Of a DNA stretch of 64,000 bases, positions 54,706 to 64,000 are shown one piece after another. Numbering within the stretch: the first letter of the stretch is position 1; each line of letters begins with the position of its first letter. The stretch is taken from contig DASUAL010000039.1 in the NCBI GenBank assembly GCA_035763805.1, positions 20,465 to 84,464 on the forward strand, in the 5' to 3' direction. This DNA comes from Gemmatimonadales bacterium. Its GTDB lineage: Bacteria; Gemmatimonadota; Gemmatimonadetes; Gemmatimonadales; GWC2-71-9. The notes below the pieces were generated by a model. It was not told the origin of the DNA and did no database searches. It worked only from the letters and a program-made list of their open reading frames with translations. Made by a program: the position numbers and the translations under genes.

Positions 54706-56577
54706 CTAGGCCACACGTCGACGCCAACGGGCCGTCTCGACCACGAGGTTGTGGAGATCGCTTGGCGACACGCCGGGAATCCGCGAGGCCTGGGCCAACG
54801 ATGTGGGGCGCACGCAGTCGAGCTTCTGGCGCGCCTCGGTCGCGAGGCTCTGGAACTCGAGGTAGGGGAGGTCGCCGGGAAGCGCGAAGGATGCCAACTC
54901 GGCCAGCCGCTTCGCCGCCTCCCGCTCGCGCGCCAGATAGCCGTCGTACTTGAGCTCGATCTCGGCGCTCGCGACGATTTCATCATCCTCTCCCGCAATC
55001 GCCACTCCCGCGGCCTCAAGCAGCGTGCGCAATACGACCCCGGGGCGACGCGCCACGCTCGCCACGCGCTCCGGCTCAGCCAGCCTCGTACCGGTGAGCG
55101 CGAGCGCTGGTCCTGCAGCGGCGGGCGTGATCGTCGTCCCCCGCGCCGTCTCAAGCAGCCGCTCCTCGGCCTCCAGCCGCCGCTCGCCCGTCCGCAACTC
55201 CGCGGCCGTCAGCAGGCCGAGCCGATCCGCGAGCGGGGCCAGCCGACGCAGCGCGTTGTCCTGCCGGAGCAGCAAACGGAACTCCGAGCGCGACGTGAAC
55301 AGGCGGTATGGCTCGTCCACGCCACGAGTGATCAGGTCGTCGACCAGCACCCCGATGTACGCATCGTCCCGGCCGAACACCACCGGCTCCTGCCCACGGA
55401 TGCGGCGCACCGCGTTGAGCCCCGCGACGATTCCCTGACCGGCCGCCTCTTCGTAGCCCGTGGTACCGTTGATCTGACCCGCGAAGAACAAGTGCTCGAT
55501 CGCCTTCGTCTCGAGCCAGGGCGTGAGCTGCGTCGGCGGGTAGTAGTCGTACTCGATCGCGTACCCGGGGCGAGTCATCTTCGCGCGCTCGAGCCCGGGG
55601 ACCGCGCGCAAGAACTCGAGCTGCACGGGGACGGGCAGGGAAGTGGACAGCCCGTTCACGTACAGCTCGTGGGTGTCCAGCCCCTCCGGCTCGAGAAACA
55701 CCTGGTGCCGCTTGGCATCGGGGAACTTGACGATCTTGTCCTCGACGGACGGACAGTAGCGCGGGCCCCGAGAGCTGATTGCGCCGCCGTAAAGCGCCGA
55801 CTCCCGCAGGTGCCGGGAGACGATGTCCTTCACCGCCTCGCCCGCCCATGTAATCCAGCACGGCCGCTGCGGTGGCAACTCGACCCGTTCGTAAAACGAG
55901 AAGTGGTAGTCCGTGCCGTCGCCGTCCTGCCGCTCGACCTGGGACCATTCCACGGTGCGGCCGTCCACGCGAGGCGGCGTTCCGGTCTTGAAGCGCGACA
56001 CTGTAAGTCCAAGTGATTCAATGTGTTGTGCGATCTGCACCGCGGGCTGGTCGCCCGCACGGCCCGCGGGAATCTGCGTGTCCGTGCCGAGGTGAATGCG
56101 CCCTCGCAGAAAGGTGCCGGCCGTGATTACCACGGCCCGCGCGGTGAAGCGGCGGCCGTCGGCGGTCTCGACGCCGCCCGCTCGCACGCCGTCGATCACG
56201 AGGCCCGACACCATCCCTTGCGCGAGCTCGAGCGTCGCGAACTCCTCGAGCAGCCGTCGCACGGCGCGCCGATACAGCGCACGATCGCACTGCGCCCGCG
56301 GAGCCCAGACAGCGGGGCCCTTCGAGCGGTTGAGCATGCGGAACTGAATCATGGCGCGGTCGGCCGCGCGACCCATGATGCCGCCGAGGGCATCGATCTC
56401 GCGCACGACGGTTCCCTTGGCGATCCCACCGATGGCGGGATTGCAGCTCATCTGGCCGATGGTGTCGAGGTTGGACGTGAGGAGGAGCGTCCGCGCGCCG
56501 AGGCGGGCCGCCATCACCGCCGCTTCGGAGCCGGCGTGGCCGGCACCGACGATGATCACGTCATAGTCGAAAGGCAT
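54706..56577 (-). CDS. mnmG: tRNA uridine-5-carboxymethylaminomethyl(34) synthesis enzyme MnmG (GidA)
   Basis: ATG 56577 (codon 15 of the track ORF). YDVIIVGAGHAGSEAA, SCNPAIGG, GQINGTTGYEEAA. Confidence 0.95.
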   Translation of the reverse strand: MPFDYDVIIVGAGHAGSEAAVMAARLGARTLLLTSNLDTIGQMSCNPAIGGIAKGTVVREIDALGGIMGRAADRAMIQFRMLNRSKGPAVWAPRAQCDRALYRRAVRRLLEEFATLELAQGMVSGLVIDGVRAGGVETADGRRFTARAVVITAGTFLRGRIHLGTDTQIPAGRAGDQPAVQIAQHIESLGLTVSRFKTGTPPRVDGRTVEWSQVERQDGDGTDYHFSFYERVELPPQRPCWITWAGEAVKDIVSRHLRESALYGGAISSRGPRYCPSVEDKIVKFPDAKRHQVFLEPEGLDTHELYVNGLSTSLPVPVQLEFLRAVPGLERAKMTRPGYAIEYDYYPPTQLTPWLETKAIEHLFFAGQINGTTGYEEAAGQGIVAGLNAVRRIRGQEPVVFGRDDAYIGVLVDDLITRGVDEPYRLFTSRSEFRLLLRQDNALRRLAPLADRLGLLTAAELRTGERRLEAEERLLETARGTTITPAAAGPALALTGTRLAEPERVASVARRPGVVLRTLLEAAGVAIAGEDDEIVASAEIELKYDGYLAREREAAKRLAELASFALPGDLPYLEFQSLATEARQKLDCVRPTSLAQASRIPGVSPSDLHNLVVETARWRRRVA

Positions 56578-56596
56578 GAGGACAAAGCTACGGGAC

Positions 56597-56629
56597 CAGG
56601 CAAGGCAAAAGCTAGACACGCAGACGCAC
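56597..56629. repeat. left inverted repeat flanking the four-helix-bundle gene
   Basis: CAGGCAAGGCAAAAGC-TAGACACGCAGACGCAC. The core at 56613-56629 is 16/17 complementary to 57106-57122. Confidence 0.7.
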
Positions 56630-56641
56630 GGCGGAGAACCG

Positions 56642-57055
56642 TCAACCGAGTTTGGTCGGCTTCGAAGCCAACTGGCTCACCTTCCGGAGAAGCCCGAACA
56701 GCGTCTTGCTGGTCTCCGTCGCGAGCGCTTCGAGACGCCCGTAGTCCGCAGGCTGCACATAGCCAACATTCCGAGCGATCGCCAGCACGGTCTGGACTTC
56801 GGCCAGCGATCCCCATGCGGTGTCGAGGAACTTTCGGCGCTCTCGCGTCCCTTTGCGGCTCGTGCCTTCTGCGATGTTGAGCGGAACGCTGTAACAAGCT
56901 CGACGAAGCTGGTCCGCGAGCGCGCCCTGCTCATATTCCGGAAAACGGCTCGCCGCCTTCACACATTCGACAGCGAGCCGCTGTGCGTGCTGCCAAGCTT
57001 TGAGGGTGTGGTGAATGGGCATGAGCACATGATGAGCATAATTCCGACGGGGCAC
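56642..57055 (-). CDS. four-helix-bundle protein (23S rRNA intervening-sequence protein / Avd-like family)
   Basis: ..LKAWQHAQRLAVECVKAASRFPEYEQGALADQLRRACYSVPLNIAEGTSRKGTRERRKFLDTAWGSLAEVQTVLAIARNVGYV.. is the characteristic pattern of this family. Start is GTG 57055 or ATG 57022. Confidence 0.8.
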   Translation of the reverse strand: MPRRNYAHHVLMPIHHTLKAWQHAQRLAVECVKAASRFPEYEQGALADQLRRACYSVPLNIAEGTSRKGTRERRKFLDTAWGSLAEVQTVLAIARNVGYVQPADYGRLEALATETSKTLFGLLRKVSQLASKPTKLG

Positions 57056-57105
57056 CCAACCGTTTCTACGCGAAGGGTGCCCCGTTTACGCGACGCTGCT
57101 TGCCT

Positions 57106-57135
57106 GTGCGTCTGCGCGTCTACCCTATGCCTGTC
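57106..57135. repeat. right inverted repeat flanking the four-helix-bundle gene
   Basis: GTGCGTCTGCGCGTCTA-CCCTATGCCTGTCC. The reverse complement GGACAGGCATAGGG-TAGACGCGCAGACGCAC matches the left repeat. It ends 1 nt before the ABC permease stop codon. Confidence 0.7.
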
Positions 57136-58404
57136 CTATCCGGCTCTCACCCACCTCACTATTTCCCCAAGACTCGGTCGCTTCCCCGTCATCAGAATCC
57201 CGACTCTGTAGATCCGCGCCGCCACCCAAGTCACAACGACGATCCCTAGTACGAGCAGCACAAGCGATGCGACCAGCTCGTTCGGCCCCACGCTTCCGGC
57301 CGCCCACCGCACCGGCATCGCGATCGGCGCCGTGAATGGGATCAGCGATAGCGCCACCGCGTACCCCGAGCCCGGGTCGTTCGCCAATGCGAATACCGAC
57401 AGGTACGCGATCATCAACAGGAACATCACGGGCTGCTGCGCCTGGCGCGCCTCCTGCTCGTTCGATGACATCGCGCCCACCGCAGCGAACATGGCGGAAT
57501 AGAGGAAGAACCCGCCGAGGAAGTACGCGAGAAAGACAGCGACCGTCGTGGCCGCGACGTGCGGCAACTGCAACGCGACCTGCTGGGTGGCGGCGTCCTC
57601 CGGTCCGAGATTCCCCAGGAGCGCGGCACGCTGCGTGAGCACGAGGCGTCCCCCCACTCCCCAGATCACGAACTGAAAGATCGACACCGCCCCCACGCCC
57701 ACGACCTTGCCGAGCATCAGCTGGAACGGCTTGAGCGATGATACGAGGACCTCGACGATGCGTGTCGTCTTCTCCTCCAGCACGGAGCTCATCACGTTCA
57801 CCCCGTACACCGCGATCACGACGAACAGCACGATCGACATGACGTAGGCGAGCCAGAAGGATTGCGCCGAGCTCTCCCCCGTGGTCTTGAACCCCGAGAT
57901 CTTCTTCGTCGCGAGATTGACGCTGATCTGCGCCCGGCTTACGGTGCGCGGATCCACGCCGGCGCGCTCGAGCCGCGCGTTCACTGCTAGCCGGCCGAGC
58001 ACGCCTCGCAGCTCGTCGATGTCTCGGAACGACGAAATATTCGACGCGCGGTATTCAGCCGCTCCGCCCTCCACCGTCGTGTCGCTGACGATGAGGAACC
58101 CGTGCAGCCGGTTGGCGCCGACCTCGCTGGTCAGCGAATCGAGCAGCCCGGCGCGCGGCGGTGTCCGGGCCACGATCCAGAATGTCCGGCCCCGCATGAG
58201 GGTGTCCGCGACGCGCGCCCCGAACCCCGTGTTGGTGCCGTCCACGACCACGATGCGCTTCGCGCCGCCCGAGGCCGCGAGCCGAAGCGGGATGATGATG
58301 ATCGCGCCGAAGAACACGGGCCCCAGCACGGCCGAGATCCAAAACCACCTGCTCCGGATCCGCTCGACGAACTCGCGCCGTACCACGGCCCAAACCTTAC
58401 GCAT
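57136..58404 (-). CDS. ABC-2-type transporter permease
   Basis: N-terminal TM, large extracytoplasmic loop, then 5 C-terminal TM segments (NatB-like layout). 8-nt overlap with the ATPase gene. Confidence 0.75.
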   Translation of the reverse strand: MRKVWAVVRREFVERIRSRWFWISAVLGPVFFGAIIIIPLRLAASGGAKRIVVVDGTNTGFGARVADTLMRGRTFWIVARTPPRAGLLDSLTSEVGANRLHGFLIVSDTTVEGGAAEYRASNISSFRDIDELRGVLGRLAVNARLERAGVDPRTVSRAQISVNLATKKISGFKTTGESSAQSFWLAYVMSIVLFVVIAVYGVNVMSSVLEEKTTRIVEVLVSSLKPFQLMLGKVVGVGAVSIFQFVIWGVGGRLVLTQRAALLGNLGPEDAATQQVALQLPHVAATTVAVFLAYFLGGFFLYSAMFAAVGAMSSNEQEARQAQQPVMFLLMIAYLSVFALANDPGSGYAVALSLIPFTAPIAMPVRWAAGSVGPNELVASLVLLVLGIVVVTWVAARIYRVGILMTGKRPSLGEIVRWVRAG

Positions 58405-59365
58405 CCGGCCGTGCCTCGGCCCGGGCCGCGTCGGGACCCACGAGGTCGATGAAGATCTTGTTGAGCGACGGCTCCTCGAGCTCGAACTTGGCGAGCCGCG
58501 CCCCCGACGCGACGAGCGCCTGCAGGATCTGCTGCGGGTCGGCGCCGGGTGCGAGCTCCAGCTCGGCGTACTGGCCGTAGTCGTCGGCCTTCTTCACAAG
58601 TCGTGTGTCGGCAAAGACTTGTGCCGCAGCCCCTGAACTGCCGTCGAACCCGATGATCAGATGCTGTCCGCCGTGTGTCCGCTTGATGTCGCCAAGCGCG
58701 CCGTCCACGACCTTCCTTCCCCGCGCGATGATGCACAGCTGGTCGCACAGCTTCTCCGCCTGCTCCATGATGTGGGTCGAAAAGAGCAGGGTGACCCCGC
58801 GGCGCCGCAGCTCGAGCACCGTATCCTTCAGCACTTGCGCGTTGACCGGATCGAGCCCCGCGAACGGCTCGTCCAGGATCACGAGCTCCGGCTCGTGCAG
58901 CAAGGTGGCGATGAACTGAACCTTCTGCTGCATCCCCTTTGACAGCTCGTCGATCCGCCGCAGTCGCCAGTCAGCGAGCCCGAGCCGCTCGAGCCACGCG
59001 AGCCCTTTCGCCCGCGCGACACGCCGCTCGACACCCTTCATTTCCGCGAGAAACACGAGCACGTCCAAGACCCGCATCTTGCGGTACAGGCCGCGCTCCT
59101 CGGGGAGGTAGCCGATCCGTGCGGTCTGCGTTCGCCCGCCGCCGCACTCGCCGAACAGCCGTACGGTTCCCTCGTCCGGCTCGATGATGTCCATGATCAT
59201 GCGGATCGAGGTGGTCTTCCCGGCGCCGTTGGGTCCCAGCAAGCCGAAGATGACCCCGGGCTGCACAGCGAGGGCCAGCCCGTCCACTGCCGTGTGGCCG
59301 GCGAACCGCTTGGTGACGCGGTCGAGAACGACAATCGGTGCGGGGGCGGGGGCGGGGGCGGGCAC
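58397..59365 (-). CDS. ABC transporter ATP-binding protein
   Basis: GTG 59365 (in frame) gives (M)PAPAPAPAPIVVLDRVTKRF. Walker A GLLGPNGAGKTT, signature LSKGMQQK, Walker B LVILDEP. Confidence 0.85.
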   Translation of the reverse strand: MPAPAPAPAPIVVLDRVTKRFAGHTAVDGLALAVQPGVIFGLLGPNGAGKTTSIRMIMDIIEPDEGTVRLFGECGGGRTQTARIGYLPEERGLYRKMRVLDVLVFLAEMKGVERRVARAKGLAWLERLGLADWRLRRIDELSKGMQQKVQFIATLLHEPELVILDEPFAGLDPVNAQVLKDTVLELRRRGVTLLFSTHIMEQAEKLCDQLCIIARGRKVVDGALGDIKRTHGGQHLIIGFDGSSGAAAQVFADTRLVKKADDYGQYAELELAPGADPQQILQALVASGARLAKFELEEPSLNKIFIDLVGPDAARAEARPDA

Positions 59366-59421
59366 GGCGAAGGCTAATCTCCAGCGGAGGAGGGGAAGAG
59401 GGAAGGGGACGCGCTCGGCGC

Positions 59422-59865
59422 CTACGTCTTCACGGCATCGGTCAGCGCATTCCAGGGCAGAAGCGCGCACTTGATGCGCACCGGGAACTTGGACACACCG
59501 GCGAGCGCGCGCAGCTCGCCCAGCGCCTTGTCCCGCGCCGCCGCGTCGTCCCCCTGCATCATCGCGCTCATGCGCTCGGCCAGGGCGACCGCCTGTGGAA
59601 TGGACTTGTCCTTCAGGAGCTGAGTCATCATCGACGCCGACGCCTGGCTGATGGAGCAGCCTCGGCCGATGAAGCGCGCGTCCTTGATCACGTCGCCGTC
59701 GACCCGCAGCTGCAGGTCGATCTCGTCGCCGCACAGCGGATTGTTGAGCGACACCGTGTGCGTCGCGTCATCGAGCGTCCCCTTGTTGCGAGGACGCCGG
59801 TAGTGATCGAGAATCAGCTCCTGATAGAGCGCACTGAGCCTGGGCTCAGGCGGGGACGTATCCAA
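59422..59865 (-). CDS. sufU: SUF-system NifU/IscU-like Fe-S scaffold (SufU-type)
   Basis: TTG 59865 (in frame), 20-nt overlap with sufS. LYQELILDHYRRPRN, NPLCGDEI, GRGCSISQASASMM. Confidence 0.8.
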   Translation of the reverse strand: MDTSPPEPRLSALYQELILDHYRRPRNKGTLDDATHTVSLNNPLCGDEIDLQLRVDGDVIKDARFIGRGCSISQASASMMTQLLKDKSIPQAVALAERMSAMMQGDDAAARDKALGELRALAGVSKFPVRIKCALLPWNALTDAVKT

Positions 59866-61075
59866 ACAGGGCTCCGGCCTTGACGAGCGAGCCGGCGAGG
59901 GCCTCGACGTCCTCAAGATCGTTGTAGATGTAAAACGACGCGCGCGCCGTTGCCGCCACGTTGAGCCGCCGCATCAGCGGCTGGGTGCAGTGGTGCCCGG
60001 CCCTGATGCAGACGCCGTCCTGATCGAGGATGGTCGCGATGTCGTGCGGATGGATGTCGCCGTAGGTGAACGACACCACGCCGGCGCGGTGACCGCGCGG
60101 CCCGTACACCGTCACACCCTCGATCCCCGTGAGCTTCTCGATCGCGGCCCGGGCGAGTGCTTGTTCGTGCTCGGCGATGCGGTCGGGGTCGATCCGCTCG
60201 AGGTAGTCGACCGCTGCGGCGAGTCCGACCGCGCCCTCCACGTTCGGCGTCCCAGCCTCGAACTTGTGCGGGATCATGTTGTAGGTGGAGTGATCGTCCC
60301 ACACGCGCGAAATCATCTCGCCGCCCCCATGGTACGGCGGCATCGCCTCGAGCAACTCGGGCTTCGCCACGAGCGCGCCCGAGCCCATCGGTCCGAGCAT
60401 CTTGTGACCCGACAAGGCGTAGAAGTCGCAGTCGAGCGCCTGGACGTCCACCTTGAGGTGCGGGGTGGACTGCGCCCCGTCCACCACCACCACCGCCCCG
60501 ACTGCGTGCGCGAGCTTCGCGAGCTGCGCCGCCGGGTTCACCGTGCCGAGCGCATTCGAGACGTAGGGGAAGGCCACGATCTTGGGCCGCCGCTCGAGCG
60601 CCGCGCCGAAGTCCGATAAATCGATGCGGCCGTCCTCGGTGATCTCCACCATCCGGAGCGTCGCCCCCTTCTCCTGACACAGGATCTGCCACGGAACGAG
60701 GTTGGAGTGGTGGTCCATCGCCGTCACCACGACGGTGTCACCCGGTCGCACGTTGGCCCGGCCGTAGGACCCCGCGACCAGGTTGATCGCCTCCGTCGTG
60801 CCCCGCGTGAAGACGACCCCCTCCGTCGCCCACGCGTTGACGAAGCGCGCGATTCGCGCGCGCGCGCCTTCGTAGGCCTCCGTGGCCCGGATGGCGAGAC
60901 CGTACGCCCCGCGGTGCACGTTGGCGTTGGTCGTGCGATAGTACTCCTGGATGGCCGCGAGGACTGGCTCGGGCTTCTGGGTCGTCGCCGCATTGTCGAG
61001 GTACACCAACCGGCGGCCGTTCTCCGGTCGCTCGAGCAGGGGGAAGTCGGCGCGGATCCGCGCGGCGTCGAGCAT
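59846..61075 (-). CDS. sufS: cysteine desulfurase, SufS subfamily
   Basis: YLDNAATTQKP, SGHKMLGPMG (PLP Lys), RAGHHCTQPL (catalytic Cys). Confidence 0.9.
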   Translation of the reverse strand: MLDAARIRADFPLLERPENGRRLVYLDNAATTQKPEPVLAAIQEYYRTTNANVHRGAYGLAIRATEAYEGARARIARFVNAWATEGVVFTRGTTEAINLVAGSYGRANVRPGDTVVVTAMDHHSNLVPWQILCQEKGATLRMVEITEDGRIDLSDFGAALERRPKIVAFPYVSNALGTVNPAAQLAKLAHAVGAVVVVDGAQSTPHLKVDVQALDCDFYALSGHKMLGPMGSGALVAKPELLEAMPPYHGGGEMISRVWDDHSTYNMIPHKFEAGTPNVEGAVGLAAAVDYLERIDPDRIAEHEQALARAAIEKLTGIEGVTVYGPRGHRAGVVSFTYGDIHPHDIATILDQDGVCIRAGHHCTQPLMRRLNVAATARASFYIYNDLEDVEALAGSLVKAGALFGYVPA

Positions 61076-62381
61076 CAGGCGAGGCCGGCGCGCACCAGGC
61101 GGTCCAGGTGGTCTCGCAGGTCGGCGCGCTGCATGCGCCCGAGGATCTCGGCCGCGAACCCATAGGTCAGGAGACTCCGCGCCGTCTCGGGCGACAGGCC
61201 GCGGCTGCGGAGGTAGTGGACCGCGGTCTCATCGAGCGGCCCGACCGTCGAGCCGTGGGTGCACTTTACGTCGTCGGCGTAGATCTCGAGTTGGGGCTGG
61301 CTGTCCGCGCGCGCTTCAGTCGACAGGAGGAGGTTGTTGTTCGTCTGCTTCGAGTCGGTGCGCTGGGCGCCGGGCCGCACGATGATCCGGCCGTTGAACA
61401 CCCCATGGGCCCGCTGGTCGAGCACGCCGTTGAAGAACTCGTGACTCGCGCAGTGGGGCTTGGCGTGGTCGATGACCGTGTGGTGGTCCGCGTGCTGGGT
61501 CCGCCCGAGCAGGTAGAGACCGTTGAGAATCAGCTCGGCGCCGGCGCCGTCGAGCACCGTGTGGATGTCGTGTCTCGCGAGCAACCCGCCCAGGGTGACG
61601 GTATGCAGTCCGAGGAAGCTGTCCCGCCCCTGCTGCGAGTGCGTCGTGGCAACGTGGTAGGCCCGCCCGCCCTCGCGCTGTACGCGATAATACTCCGCCC
61701 GCGCGCCGTCGCCCACGACCACCTCCGTCACCGCGTTGGTCCAATAGACGCGGTCAGCAAGCGCAACGTAGCTCTCCACTACCACCGCCTGGGCCCCGGG
61801 CTCGATCACGATGAGGCTCCGCGGGTGGGCCACGGTGGGCCCCTCGTTCCCCTGGGCCGTCGCGACGAACAGTACCTCGAGGGGTTGCTCGAGCACGGTC
61901 TGCGCCGGGACGTACACGAAAGCCCCGTCGGCGAGGAACGCGGTGTTGAGCGCCGCGAAGGCGCTCTCGCGCCAGCGGGCGTAGCCGGCGAGGTGCTGCC
62001 GCGCGAGCTCGCCGAGCGGGCCAACCTGGAGCGCCGCGGCCAGGCTGGTCACCTGCACGCCTGCGGGCAACCCGGCGGCCCACGACAACTCGGGCGCGAA
62101 CTTCCCGTCGATGAACACAATCGTCGGGCCGGTGCCGAGCAGCAGCGGCTCGATGTCGCGCGGACTGGGGAGCGACGAGCGGGGACCAACGTGCGAGAGC
62201 TTGAACCGCGTCTCCGCGATCGGCGCCACGCTCGTGAAGCGCCACTCCTCCTGCTTCATCGTCGGGAAGCCAAGCTCGGCGAAGCGGGTGATCGCGCCTT
62301 CGCGCATTTCCTTGAGCCACGACGGGGCGCTGCCGGCGCCGTTGCCCGCAAACGCGCGGAAGTCCGCGACGTACTGTTCCG

Positions 62382-62385
<4 letters not shown>
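61075..62385 (-). CDS. sufD: Fe-S cluster assembly protein SufD
   Basis: Position between sufC and sufS. C-terminal beta-helix LEIYADDVKCTHGSTVGPLDE..YLRSRGL. Confidence 0.9.
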
Positions 62386-63136
<751 letters not shown>

Positions 63137-63137
<1 letters not shown>

Positions 63138-64000
63138 TAACCGACGCTCCCTTCGAGACTGATGCCGAGCAGGCGCTGCGCCTCGACCGCGAACTCCATA
63201 GGCAACTCCTTGAAGACTTCCTTGCAGAAGCCGTTGACGATCATCGAAACCGCGTCCTCCGCGGACAGACCCCGCTGCTTCGCGTAGAAGATCTGGTCCT
63301 CCCCGATCTTCGACGTGGACGCCTCGTGCTCCATGATCGCGGTGCTGTTGCGCACGTCGATGTAGGGGAACGTGTGCGCCCCGCACCGGTCGCCGATCAG
63401 CATGGAGTCGCACTGTGAGTAGTTCCGCGCATGCTCCGCGCCCTTCATGATCTTCACGAGGCCGCGGTACGTGTTCTGCCCGCGGCCGGCCGAGATGCCC
63501 TTGGACACGATGGTGGAGCGCGTGTTCTTCCCGAGATGGATCATCTTGGTGCCCGTGTCCGCCTGCTGGCGGTGGTTGGTCACGGCCACCGAGTAGAACT
63601 CGCCGATGGAGTTGTCGCCCTGCAGGATGCACCCCGGATACTTCCAGGTAATGGCCGAGCCGGTCTCGACCTGGGTCCAGGAGATCTTCGAGTTCCTCCC
63701 CAGACACTTCCCGCGCTTGGTGACGAAGTTGAAGATCCCGCCCCGGCCCTCCTCGTCGCCCGGATACCAGTTCTGGATCGTCGAGTACTTGATCGTCGCG
63801 TCGTCCAGCGCGACAAGCTCGACCACCGCCGCGTGCAGCTGGTTCTCGTCCCGAACCGGCGCGGAGCAGCCTTCGAGGTAGCTCACGTAGCTCCCCTCGT
63901 CCGCGATGATGAGCGTGCGCTCGAACTGCCCCGTGGACGACGCGTTGATCCGGAAGTAGGTGGACAGTTCGAGCGGGCAGCGCACACCCTTGGGGATGTA
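63137..64000 (-). CDS. sufB: Fe-S cluster assembly protein SufB (5' end beyond the window)
   Basis: ..[60 protein letters not shown]... The reading frame stays open to position 64000. Confidence 0.95.

Noticed and set aside
59341-59365. (GGGGGC)x3 hexanucleotide repeat at the ABC ATPase start as a phase-variation switch.
   Set aside because: The repeat unit is a multiple of 3 (it encodes PAPAPAPA), so unit gain or loss keeps the frame. It affects only a short N-terminal tail, and the start assignment itself is uncertain.

Overview
High-GC, very gene-dense bacterial chromosomal segment with about 57 protein-coding genes and tiny intergenic gaps, many of them 4-nt ATGA/GTGA start-stop overlaps. 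I saw no rRNA, tRNA or CRISPR. All domain calls come from motifs I read in the supplied translations. No database search was possible, so family names are recognition-level calls. Lineage is not determinable here; the gene content is loosely reminiscent of Gemmatimonadota-like high-GC genomes, which is inference only.

Content is mostly core functions:
- aconitase-family enzyme (partial), M28, M20, S41 and M23 peptidases, Lon, and a Ser/Thr kinase
- fused MFS/spermidine-synthase/TPR protein, fused 2-oxoacid dehydrogenase E1 alpha-beta, RsgA, and proline dehydrogenase
- FadB/J-type plus thiolase pair, GlpD, and QueG
- parS-parA-parB-M23-bactofilin, MnmG, an ABC-2 exporter, and sufBCDSU

The ORF track is dominated by long antisense or out-of-frame shadow ORFs, as expected at this GC content. 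It also translates GTG/TTG first codons as M, so I re-derived many starts and checked each against the track frame. The only clear mobile DNA is a 5'-truncated IS3-family transposase remnant.

The most interesting observations are:
1. A seven-gene co-directional array at 35444-42526: PLP enzyme, LOG, deoxyhypusine-synthase-like, MFS, then ATP-grasp, 4x zinc-ribbon/HExxH protein, NUDIX. Its two halves are joined by an inverted array of AATGCGG heptamers.
2. A four-helix-bundle (23S-IVS/Avd-like) gene boxed in by about 17-30 bp inverted repeats immediately upstream of mnmG.
3. A complete segregation/cell-shape unit: two parS sites, a near-consensus promoter, parA-parB-M23-bactofilin, and an intrinsic terminator.
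4. An MFS gene whose first transmembrane helix lies upstream of any ATG/GTG/TTG codon, implying a CTG or other non-canonical start.

I found no recognisable defence, toxin or secondary-metabolite system. The 'novel system' proposals below are hypotheses from gene context, not demonstrated functions.
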